From the NCBI GenBank assembly GCA_003614675.1, contig ML002325.1, positions 1 to 41,637 on the forward strand: DNA of 41,637 nucleotides, in the 5' to 3' direction. Position numbers and translations under genes: made by a program. This DNA comes from Dimargaris cristalligena. Taxonomy: Eukaryota. Below are positions 10,805 to 21,678 of the stretch, in pieces. The notes beneath the pieces are model-generated. The model saw nothing but the letters and a program-made list of their open reading frames with translations. It was not told the DNA's origin and did no database searches. Positions within the stretch are counted from its first letter, which is position 1; each line of letters opens with the position of its first letter.

Positions 10805-12666
10805 CTAGTTTTTCTTCCGCCTCGGCCTTTTAGCCGCACGGACATCCTTTGTTATCGCTGGTAAGTCGGCTGTATCTGGTATTAAAGTCTCTTGCACGAT
10901 GGGGCTTTCGACACCCCGGACAGGCGGCAGGTCGGCAATGAACAGAACCTAATAGTAAAATGGATGGTGTATTAGAAAAAATAGGCGATTAATATTAAAT
11001 TTGCCGGGCTCATAATAAGTATCAATGATTCACAAGACCGTGTACGGTTTACTCCCACGGCATGTACTACAGTGAAACCTCCGCCCTGGTTCAATTAAAT
11101 ATTAAGAAAAGGCCATCTTTGTATTTACCGAGTGGGCCCACCCGGCATGCTGTCCGAACAAGTCCCCGAGGTAAGAGGCCACAGCTTTGTAAGCCGTTGT
11201 AGTCAATGATTTGATTGGTTTACTAGCAGCGGGGGACTTGGCCGGAGAGGCTGAGGAAGGTTGGAATTGGTAGTCCCGAACAGCGATTTGCCAAACATGG
11301 GTGTCGACGGGTATAACCTCCGATTTATCCAGCGACATGAGACACTGGAATGGTATAGCGAGTGGTCGTGAGTAATAGAAACGCTCCACGCGAGTGAGTT
11401 AGGGGGTTTAAATTAATTGGGTCTAAATTGACATTGCAAATTAGTCCCGGAGAAAGCTACTGGGTATTTGGCCACATGGCTGATAGCAAATGCCGGGAAT
11501 ATATAAATTAGGCGCTTACGATGCAGTCTGCCACCTTGGGGCCGATTCCGGAAAGTTTCAAAAGAGCCGAATGGGCATCGGCGTAGCTTTTGTCTCGTAA
11601 AGAGTGGAGCCAGCTTTCGGCCTCCTCCCCGTAGGCGTCGGCTAAATAAGCCACGGTTTTACTGATGTATTTGGCCCGATAGCCGAAGCCAAGGGTCCGC
11701 AAACGAGCCTCCAAATCCGGAGATACTGTGGAGGAGGGCAAAGACGAAGGAGAAGAAGGAGCACTCGACGAGGCCAGTGCGGTTAAACGAGGAAAGGTGT
11801 AGAACTCGCTACCGGCCACCGTGCCCAGTCGGTGACCGTACAGTTGGCAAAGAGACTCCACCATTTGGGTGATACGGGAAATATGGTTGTTGGAAGAACA
11901 AATGAAGGATATGAGGTTTTCGAAGGGGTCTTGCCGGAGTACCCGTACACCCGGAAAACGCAGGGCTTTGGTCTGGAAATTGGGGTCGAGCTCAGACCAG
12001 CGCTGGTAGCAATCATTTAAATTGATATGTAGTTGGAAATAATCGCTGAGCAACGACTCGGTAGTCGCTGACGGTGACGGGGTTACGGAGCCACCAGCAG
12101 TTGTAGATTTAACAGGAAGAGGCTCGGTGGAGTATGTCCTGAATAATGTCGTTTGGTCTGGGTACCAGGATATACGGGAATTGACATAGACCCCCCAAAA
12201 AAATACAAATGGAAGGGGATCGGCACCCTTTGTTTATTAGACAATTTGACTCAAACTCCATGGCCAGATTAGTGGATATTCCCGGGCTCTGAAATACTAA
12301 ATTGACCTACCTGTTTGCTTCAAAGTCACCAATCGGTCACCGACCACCCCCGTCCTAAAAACACGCCGAGAGATGCAGTAGGTATAGAAATCCGGGTATT
12401 AGATTTCAGTATAGTGTTGACTGATTACCCTAACCATTTCTCGGCCTAGTTTAGCTAGTTATCAATCAAAGCCGTGGAATGAAAGAGTAACGAATTGGCC
12501 GTATATGGTTTTAGTACAGAAAGAGCCGAGGACTACAAAACTAAAGTCGGGCATACCATTCCTCGGGTGCGGTTTGCTTCCAGCGGAACGACTGACCCGA
12601 ACGAAGCGTAAAGCCAATGCGCAATTCGGGTGGGGAAACCTTAAGGTCCTTCCATACGCGTGACAT
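10805..12666 (-). CDS. OGG1: 8-oxoguanine DNA glycosylase/AP lyase, 383 aa (exons 12666-12557, 12354-12311, 12157-11520, 11344-11129, 10948-10805)
   Basis: Motifs present: GQSFRW, DYFQL, GVRVLRQDPFENLISFICSSNNHISRI, LGFGYRAKYI, HhH GIGPKVADC (catalytic Lys), PVDTHVWQIA (catalytic Asp), AGWAHSVLF, and a C-terminal KRPRRKK. All introns are GT-AG with consistent phases. Confidence 0.97.
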
Positions 12667-12871
12667 ATTCAAGAATGGGCGAATGGGCTGCACCGCACAA
12701 GATTAGACTTAAAAAAAGGCGAGGAATAACGGCGAATAGGTCGCGGGAATCAGGTCGCTAATCGAATTTTGGAAAAATGCCAATGGAGCAAGGCAGCTTA
12801 AAGCCAATGAACGATAAGGCTTCGATGGAGCCTTTTATTTTTTCTTGGATAAAAAAATGAAATGGGAATGG

Positions 12872-13142
12872 GAATGCCATTAGAGCTGACGAACTCTCTT
12901 GGGCCTGAAGTACGGCATTTGGGCAGTAGTTGAGACTGTGACTGTTCCAAGACCAGCCCAACCACCCTAAGAAAGGAAGCACGAGGTTTAGTTGGATCCC
13001 CAGACCAGGCACGCTATCAGAAGCTTGGGCCCGGGGCTGTTGGAATACAATACAAGGCATTTATTTTCTGGGTAACTGTTCCCGAATACCACTAACCCCG
13101 CCTGGGTCGTGGTGTATTTCCCCGCCGCGGTTGTCCACATCG
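12872..13142 (+). ncRNA. Candidate H/ACA-type structured RNA
   Basis: Manual pairing only: long stem 12943-13047, ANANNA (ATACAA 13050-13055), and a 3' hairpin 13070-13136 with an internal loop, immediately followed by ACA (13137-13139). Confidence 0.3.
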
Positions 13143-13854
13143 GTCATACATTTTTACCCCCTGGATGGCATGCAGTGATAAGTATGTGCTTGAGTGCGGA
13201 GAGGAGAGGAGAGGGTGATTTCTGGTTATATTTCCCCCCTGATACTTTGGACTTTCGCCAGGGTTTATATAAAAAGTATTCACTCGTAGTTGTCGTTGAT
13301 GAACCATGTCCAACCGCATAACTCACTGACTACCAGTGGTTATTAAAAGGGGCAGCTCTCGAGCAACACCATGTAAAATCCATTCAATCATAACAATTAC
13401 ATAATTACGTAGTACTGCAATCAATGGAAACTCCACATTGCGGTCTAGATTTTAAAATTTCGGGTATTAGCTAGCGATTGATATGTACGGCCACTCCAGC
13501 CCAGTTTTATTTATAGGTATTCTACCAAACACCCAGCCCCCAGACACAATGGACATGGGAAACCGCCTGGGCTAAATTTAAACCAAAACGGCAGTCGACT
13601 CAGCCGCACCTGTGGCCTGCTGACCCTCCATTGCGATGCTACTAGTTATCAGCCCAACTTTGCCAGCATTGCGAGAGCAAGAAATACAGGGGAATGGCGT
13701 TAGTAAAATAATCAAGTGATGTGATGGCTTCCACCATTAGGGGCATAGGTTCAAGTTTCGGAAGCTAGAACCGTATGCTGATTTAGAAATACAAAAGTTG
13801 GCCGATTCATTGAGCGAGGGCATTATCTGAAAAAAATCCATAATAATAGAAAAA

Positions 13855-13972
13855 AGTTGTAGCACCAACTATTCCCAAGTGGTCACCCACCTCAGTACTA
13901 AATTGGCTGATACCAACTTAACTTCGCAGATCTAACGGGATACGGTGCAAACTGGTACATATGGCCACAACT
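13855..13972 (-). rRNA. 5S ribosomal RNA (dispersed copy 2)
   Basis: Exact reverse complement of 7515-7632, checked base by base, with the same T-run terminator. Confidence 0.97.
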
Positions 13973-15676
13973 GAAAAATTGGGGTTTGAAGAGGTTTTAA
14001 CGCCGTTGACCATTCTAGCAAGGCTGAGTGAGTTATCTGGCTAATGCTGCAGATGCGGATAAAACCAACAGCGGTCCCTACAGGTAGAGAGAGGTATGCG
14101 GGTTAAGGAGAGGCAGGGCAGTGTGAATCATGTTGCTGACGTGGTACCGCACATAAGGGGAGGAAGGGGGTGGGATACTGTAGGTAATTAGATTTTGGGA
14201 AATATACATCCGTTACCATTCTCTCACTTGAGGTAATCCACTCCACCACCTATCATCAATATTGAAGAGACATGGCTCAGTGTGATTTTGAAGATTGCTT
14301 AAAGTAGCACATAGTATACGCAGCCCAGATTCACTCTGATTGACTACTTGGTTTAATGAGTAGCTAAAGAACAGAAAAAAACATCCACTACCGGTTCCTT
14401 GGAAACAGGGGGTTTCAGAAGGGGGGCCTCGCCGGGAATAGAAGGAGGTGAAGGTTAATTTCTCGCTGACTGAATGTGAGACCTTGAGGGGTTTTATTAA
14501 CCTGATGGACCGCGCACCGATAGAGAAACAGAGGTTGGGGCAGTAAAAGGTGGTCGTCCAGGTACGTCAACAACCGACACACGCACTATTCTGTACAGTC
14601 TCAGACATGACTTTCATTGGATTAAAACCATGAGAAGCCTACGAACATTGGCCAGTGTTGGTAATTCGAGCCGCTCGCTTTTCGTGATAGGTTGGACCAA
14701 GAGGGAGGAAGGAGGCCACCGTTTCTTTTTTAATGATGGACGCGCGGGTAAACTAGGTTCACTGTTGGCCTATCACATCCACCCACACACCTATAACACA
14801 CACTGGTCCATTGACGGAAGGATTTGCAAGAAATGAATGTAATCCAGCGCTCCTCAATGTGAAGAGGAGAGAAACTAAGTTTAATGGACCGGGCGAGGGA
14901 TGGGCTCTCCGTCGTCCTGTGGTGGAGGGGAAGAGGTGGCTTCTTTAACAATGGCTATTTGAACTGGAAGAGACCGGATCCACCCCGCCGGTGGCCATGG
15001 ATGGGACTGGTCTAATTTAAAGCTTGGAATTTGGGGGATATATGGTAAACAAGACCCTGCGTCGGATATATTATAGCTGACCCTACCAATGCCGGGAACA
15101 CTTTTTTTAAATGGGGGTACTACCAGGTAGAGGGGACGACGGCGGTCTTTTGGATTCCGAAGGTCCATATAACTTACACGTATCCCTTTACTTTTCGACA
15201 GTCATATCGGTCACCGATGGACTGCGAAGGCAGGCGGGGAGTGCATCACACGACGGTCTCTAAGGAGAATCATTATTGAGAGGGTTCTTTGTATTTGCAG
15301 ACCATTTTTTTCATATCCACCGAATTCGGCATCGCGCTCATTTCCATGCCTCACTCACCCCCGTGCTGAATGAATATGGGTTGAATGTGGGGGAGTATCG
15401 AAGGATAGACGGCCATCTTTTCCATGGCCGATATCCTCCGCTCCCGTCCGTCGAGTGTCCTCCTCTTCGCTTCGTCTCAGGTGCCACTGAAACCGAACGT
15501 CGATGATGCTGACGCCACACACACCAGCGAAGGATGATGGGAAGAGAAGGGGGGAGGATGTTTCCCCTACAGATGCCAAAACGAGGGGAGAATTGGTCGG
15601 CCCAATGTCTTTGATAGTCCTCCGACGCTGCTGGACTAGGTGGACAGCCAAGTATTAAATAGTCCATTAGTTGGTG

Positions 15677-15721
15677 GTTATAGTTATAGTTACAGTTACG
15701 GTTACGGTTACGGTTACGGTT
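15677..15721. repeat. Hexamer microsatellite (GTTAYR)7
   Basis: GTTATA x2, GTTACA x1, GTTACG x4, read directly. Confidence 0.9.
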
Positions 15722-16678
15722 TTATAAGGAGAGAGGAGGTGTTACTCGTCCTATAAACTATCCATCTGCCCCCATACAATAGCGGCCCGCTATTCTATTA
15801 GCAGCACCCTTTCCCGCTCACACTGGCCAACAAAACTCTTACACACCCCACCACACAGACACAGACATACACAACACATCCCACATAAAATAATGGAATG
15901 GACTTATTACTACTACTACTTATAGGTAAAACGGCACATCCCGCCTGGCCGTCCAATTTCTTTCCCTTCCCTCTGTCCCTTTGTTCGCAGCTGCCTGTGC
16001 GCCCCATGTTTGCTGGCTGTATGCTTCTCTTCCTTCCGTCTGTGTATGCGCCTTCGTTTCTTTAAACTTTGCCATCTCTCGTCGCTTAGTGTTTTGTCGT
16101 TTCTCTCTTACTTCCCCTCAGTTTAATCTGCTTGTGCATTTGTTCAAGGCCTGGTTCGTCGTTTCAGACCGTGCTCTACTTCCGTGTAACCGTCGGCGTC
16201 CTCACTGCTTCCTTATACATAGAAAGAGAGAGAAGAGACCTTCGCTATTTCTACATACCCACACCACGGCCTCCTTCTATACTACTAGTAATAGTCCTCT
16301 TCGCCGGCTGTCGGGTCTCCTCCTCCCTTCTTCCCCTACCTACCCAACTAACTTCCCTCGCAACATACCCGCACCGCTCTACGCCTTGCCATCCCCGATT
16401 CTGCCCTAACATTTCGGTTCTCCTCTACCCTCTCCTCCCACTGCGTCAACCGACATCCAAGAAGCGCGTCTCTGGTCGTACCCCGGGTTCTTCATCACCC
16501 TTTCCTTTTACCCGCTGCGTCGCTCTACCCCATCCGGGGGCCTATTCCACTCTAGTAGGACCACGCGTACTTCCGGCTTCTTCTCCTCCCCTGTCTACAC
16601 CATTGGCCGATCTCACTGGCGACCCACACTGTTGTTTATTCTCCTGGCCCACCGACAGTGCCCCTTCTTGAGCTTCTG

Positions 16679-17269
16679 GTAAGTCACCACCCCCCACGCT
16701 CGTTAAAAGTCCCCCAGGCCACTTTAGCACAGAGGCCTTCCCCGTATTCACTGGAGGGCCTGCTGAAGCTACTTCGGCTTTTTTATTTGGCGTATATGTC
16801 GGTGTTTGCGCTTCTGTGGAATATCTGCGTTTATTCATTGCTATAGGCCGTTACTATGGCTTTTTTTCCGGAGTGATGATACTTTTGCCTTGAGGGGCTC
16901 GCTCCAAAGCTACTCATCCAATAATGCTACTGCCCTGAGCTACTCCAGCCCCTTTGTATTTGAACCTTCCCCTTCTTATTCAGTAGACCTCATTTTCTAT
17001 CCATTGCCTGTTATTTTTGGCGGTCTTCTGTTCAACGTAGCTCCAGCCGACTTTTTCTGTTTTCTGTGCTTTAAATGACTCTGTTAACTTGTATGCTGCA
17101 CCGCAGTCCCTTTTTGACTTCCTATCACTCGTTTCTGAACACTCCATATTTTATCAATATCTTGTTTTTAATTTTTCCGACCCCAACTGTATGAATGGTT
17201 GTTAGCTAATGCCCTTGTATGATAATACTAATCTCTGTAATTAATAATCAACGGTATATCCCTCCATAG
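16679..17269 (+). other. Probable 5'-UTR intron of the PSR1-like gene
   Basis: GTAAGT donor at 16679, TACTAAT branch at 17226-17232, CATAG acceptor at 17269. The flanking leader segments are ATG-free while the intron contains several ATGs. Confidence 0.6.
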
Positions 17270-17464
17270 AGTCCACTCATCTCCGTATTTCCCAGTCCGT
17301 CGCATCATTTTTGTGATCCTACCATCGGCCTCACTGTATCTGGCGACTTAGCAGCGTGGTCTAGTCTTCATCTATCCTATTTCCCCTCAAATTCCCGTAT
17401 TTAGACACCACTTCTCTGGTCTCTCAACATTCTGACCCGCCCTGCATTTAGTTTGCACCGTAGG

Positions 17465-19404
17465 ATGACTTCAGTAGCCACAATAACCAGCCCACCATCG
17501 ACCACTCATGTGGATTTAGCGAATCCCGCCAAACCGACCACAACCCATGTCGGTCCGGTAACATCAAGCGGGTCCACCGTCGGTGGCGAAGAGTCGGAGC
17601 ACCATACCGCCGATGGTGTCCAACAAGTGACGGGGCGGCAATCCTTTACCAAAGAGGGCAAGCTCCGCCTTCGCAAATGGTCTAGTAAGTAGTCTAACTC
17701 CCACGTTGGTTTATTTGCATGCCATATCAATATATATATATGCTGTTGTTTATGAAATGGCAGGTCGACGGGTGGGCGGACGCTGCTTGTATTATTGCGC
17801 ATATAGACTGACAGACTTCTAATGATGGGCCTTTATGGGGGCTGGAGTGGAGGCGTAGCTGCTTGACTTCTGTCCTACCTTTACTGAGCTCACCCTAAAA
17901 TGCCCCTACCCGTCCATCATTCACTGCCGCCGTTCCCTCGCCCGCCATACCGACCGGGACCGTCGTATTGGCCTACCGGCAGATTACCCCATTCTAGTTC
18001 GCGTCCTACTGGTTATTGACCACCTTTTCACCCGTAACGGTTGGTATATCACTCCACTAACCTGCGAGTACATCGGTTCTTTTTCTAACCATACGATATC
18101 CCCTCCCCTCTCTCTCTGGTCCAATTTTGAATATCCCACCACTCTCATTAGGCGTTATGGGTCGCCGCATGTCGCTTTCCAACAGTCGGTCGACAATCCC
18201 CAAAGTCGCACCCTCTCCCGAGCCCACGAACAACTCCAGCACTCGACTTTCTATATCCGATCGGACCAAGCCCAGCAGCCCTTTCTCTCCCCCTCCCAAA
18301 CCATTCCGGTCTTTTTTCCTCTGCTGTGGTGGCTTCTTTCCCTTTGCCAAGCCCCCCCGCCACCGCGATTATGAGCGCGCGGCGACGAGCATGGACGACC
18401 AGGCTGTCAATCCGGCCGCGGGCTCGACCAAGCCCGGTCAACCGGGAGCTGTTGGTCCTACCGAATCCAACCCGAGCCTAGGCCTCAGTACATCTAACGA
18501 ATCCCACCCTATGCTGCCCCCTATTTCGTCCTCCTCGCCGTTGCTTCAGGATATCATTACCAGTGTTTCGGTAGAAGATGGTCTAGATGACAAATCACCT
18601 ATTGCCTCCGTTCACCCTGACCACGGCATCATTCCTATTTCCGTAAGCGAACTCGAGCCCTACGCCATTCCGGAAACCAGTGCTCCTGCCCGGGCCGACG
18701 TTGAATCTGCCAAAGATCACGCCAATGAAGAGGACCACAGTGAAGATGATGATGACGACGATGATGATATTTCGTCGGACGAAGAGGCCGCCCTCCAGGC
18801 TAACCCACAGCTCAATGAAATTGTGATGGCCACTGCCCAAGTGACCCCGCCCCTCCTCCAGCCTCTCCTACCCCAGGATATGGGCAAGAAGTGCCTCGTA
18901 CTCGACTTGGATGAAACCCTACTCCACAGCTCCTTCCGTATGGTGGAGAACCCCGATTATATTGTCCCCGTTAAACTCGAAGGCCAGACCCACAATGTGT
19001 ACGTATTGAAGCGTCCAGGGGTCGACGAATTCATGAAGAAGGTTGGGGAGCATTTTGAGGTGGTGGTCTTCACTGCCAGTCTGTCCAAATACGCCGATCC
19101 TGTCTTGGACCTCCTGGATATCCACAAAGTGGTGCGCCACCGACTCTTCCGTGAATCGTGCATTCTATACGCCGGCAACTACGTGAAGGACCTTTCCCGG
19201 ATTGGACGCCCGCTGGGTGACCTCATCATTGTCGATAACTCCCCCGCTAGTTACGCCTTCCACCCCAATAATGCCATCCCCATCACCACCTGGTTCAATG
19301 ACACCCACGATACCGAACTCTTGGACCTTGTACCGTTCCTTCTCGACCTTAAGGATGTCCCTGATGTATCCACGGTTCTTGACAACACCAACCCTACCGC
19401 ATAA
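17465..19404 (+). CDS. PSR1: PSR1/PSR2-type (CTDSP/NIF, FCP1-like HAD) protein phosphatase, ~490 aa (exons 17465-17684, 18152-19404)
   Basis: [17 protein letters not shown] (DxDxT), [52 protein letters not shown]. An FFLCC putative palmitoylation motif and an acidic linker are also present. Phase-1 GTAAGT...TTAG intron. Confidence 0.93.
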
Positions 19405-20916
19405 GTCCGATTATGTTTCCCTCTCATTCCCGAGCCCCCCCCCCACCCCTCCTTCCGCACCTCTCTTCGATAGGCTGTCATTCCCCGTGGATCTACACGT
19501 GACACATTCCATCTAATTCTCCCTAGTCTTATCCCCCAACCCGCAGTGTTTATTTTCGTTTTGTTTCTCTATAATACTCCCCCACATCTACACATTCGCT
19601 CTTCATATCTTCCGCTGCGGGGATTTTAGCGGGATTGCTTCCACCACAACCTGTTGGTCGAGAGGCGGCTATACCATTTCACCTAAACTGACAGGGAAGT
19701 CACTCTATTACCTTTGTCGGACTCTCGATCGGTCGGCCTACCTATCAGCTACGGCCCCGCGTGTCATTATCCCCGATCACCCTCTTATTTATCCTCGAGT
19801 GTTACCCCTAATGTTCTGTACTTTCATGCGCAGTCCTCGTATCCCTAGTCGTTTGTAAAACGGCGGATTATATTTTTATTCAGCCCTTTTTCTCCCATAA
19901 TTTTATCTGTATTTGCCCTCTTTAGGCGTTTATTACTATTCGGTTTATTATTCAGTTGATTTAGTCTTCCGCTACCTATCTATGTACCGCCTCACTATTT
20001 TATCCCCAAATTTTTTGGTCTCTTATATTTTACTGAACAGCTCGGCTTTCTGTTGTGACTGGTTATATTTTATATATCAGCATTTTACTGTCCCATCATC
20101 GTTGGGGTTTTTTTCTAAGTTTTCTCCGTATCTACCGCTTTATTCCCAGTTTTGTGTCTGCCATACCGTATCGTCCCTACCATCCTCCTCTTATTCACCC
20201 TCTTACTTGCATCGTGTACTTGTAGCATGGGAGAGTCTTTCATTGGGGCGAATACTCTGAAGATTCCACTCCGCATTCTATAGTTCGCCGGCTTTTAATT
20301 TTATTATCTGTCCTGTCATCGATACCTCTTTTAAGATTCATTTTTATTCTATTATTATTATTATTTATTTTCTTACCCCTTCTCCAAACTTATAATTCAC
20401 CCCTTGTTTTCTGCTATAAACACCGTTTTACGTGCAGATTCTTTGAGTGGCATTCATAATCGGAAGCCTCGTATACCCCGTGCTGTTGCAGTATGTTTCA
20501 AAGTGTGGTTGAGTAGATGGCGCTTGTAAATCAAGTTGTATATATGTAGAAAGGTGGTGGTTTTAATTTACAATAATTAAATTTCGAAAAACAGTGCCCA
20601 CGGACTAAATGCCAGCTCATGCGGTTGGGTAGTTCGTTGATTTTATCTATAGTGTTCAACTTGGCTACTAATAAGTTAGGTGACGTTATGATAAAATTTT
20701 GCCGGGACTAAGCTAATTGTTTGATCCAGTTTCATCAGTGGTATTCACCACCAATTTTCCAACGCCTACTATTTATGCCATCCGAGCCAAGGTGGTATCG
20801 CGAGTGGTGGCTGAAAATACACTAATTCAATGGGCCTTTCAATGGATATCGACAGGATGCGATCCTTTCCTTTCGGTGTTCAACTGGCTCAGGGAGGGGA
20901 GAGGGGTGGAGGTAAT

Positions 20917-21678
20917 CTACATAGTCACCAATTCGCCGTCGCTAATATTTTCAATATCGATGATTTCTTCATCACTGGAGTCGTCGTCAATCACAGTCAC
21001 TTCTTTGGCATCCGCGGAGTTGGGATGGGGATTCCGAGGGCCCACCGGTTTGCCGGTAGGACCATTCGTTACTGGGTTACATCCAGTTGTTTCCAACCCC
21101 CGCGGCAGGTCGTCCCCTTTTGCATCCCCATCTCCATTGCCATTGTCACGGCCAAAATTATCGATGAGGCCCCCCACCCCACCAGCTTGGGGCGGGATAA
21201 ACCAGGGTAGCGATTCGTTGATGTTAAGCACATCGTCGGCGGGTTCCAGCAATTCGTTTAGCCACTGGTAGGCCAACCGTTGCAAGGCGGTCGGGCTTGG
21301 GGTGGGAGTAAGCGAGAGCGAGAGTGGGAGTGGGAGGATTGGTGTTGGGTCGGAGACGTTGATTAGGCTAGTCGGGAGGTAGTTATGCCAACGAACCCTT
21401 CCTCCCACATGGTCGGGAGCAACTGTGGAATCCCGGTCCCTGCCTCCGGGGAGCCGCCGGTTCACTGAATTAGGACCCCGGTGGGGCGGAGGGGGTGGTG
21501 GTGGTGGTGGGGACGTGGTGAGTAACTTGGTCCAGTTGGGGTGGTTGACCAACGATGGACGGCTGTTCGCCGGGACTGCTGCCGTATCCGTAAGTTGACT
21601 AGGCCACGGATGTGCTTCGGAGTTTCGCGGGAAGCCAATTAGGAGCCCGGTGAGGCCAAGCGCTGCTAGACGGTACAT
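20917..21678 (-). CDS. Hypothetical secreted Pro-rich, acidic-tailed protein, ~253 aa
   Basis: Internal ATG of the 381-aa track ORF, followed by a signal-peptide-like MYRLAALGLTGLLIGFPRNSEA. Contains a poly-Pro tract and a DDDSSDEE tail. The upstream part of the ORF looks non-coding. Confidence 0.6.
   Translation of the reverse strand: MYRLAALGLTGLLIGFPRNSEAHPWPSQLTDTAAVPANSRPSLVNHPNWTKLLTTSPPPPPPPPPHRGPNSVNRRLPGGRDRDSTVAPDHVGGRVRWHNYLPTSLINVSDPTPILPLPLSLSLTPTPSPTALQRLAYQWLNELLEPADDVLNINESLPWFIPPQAGGVGGLIDNFGRDNGNGDGDAKGDDLPRGLETTGCNPVTNGPTGKPVGPRNPHPNSADAKEVTVIDDDSSDEEIIDIENISDGELVTM

Noticed and set aside
12884-12912. CTGACGA...GAAG as a hammerhead ribozyme core
   Set aside because: There is no GAAA and stems I-III cannot be formed properly.
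12872-13063. SRP RNA, RNase P or RNase MRP identity for the structured region
   Set aside because: It lacks the SRP helix-8 GNRA loop, the GGAAnnUC/CAGnC P4 of RNase P and the GAAAGUCCCC of MRP, and it is too short.
7510-13977. 147-bp inverted repeats as transposon TIRs capturing OGG1
   Set aside because: The repeats are 5S rRNA genes. No transposase or target-site duplication is visible.
15981-16671. 142-aa and 179-aa + strand ORFs
   Set aside because: Non-ATG starts. They are by-products of pyrimidine-rich, stop-poor UTR sequence.
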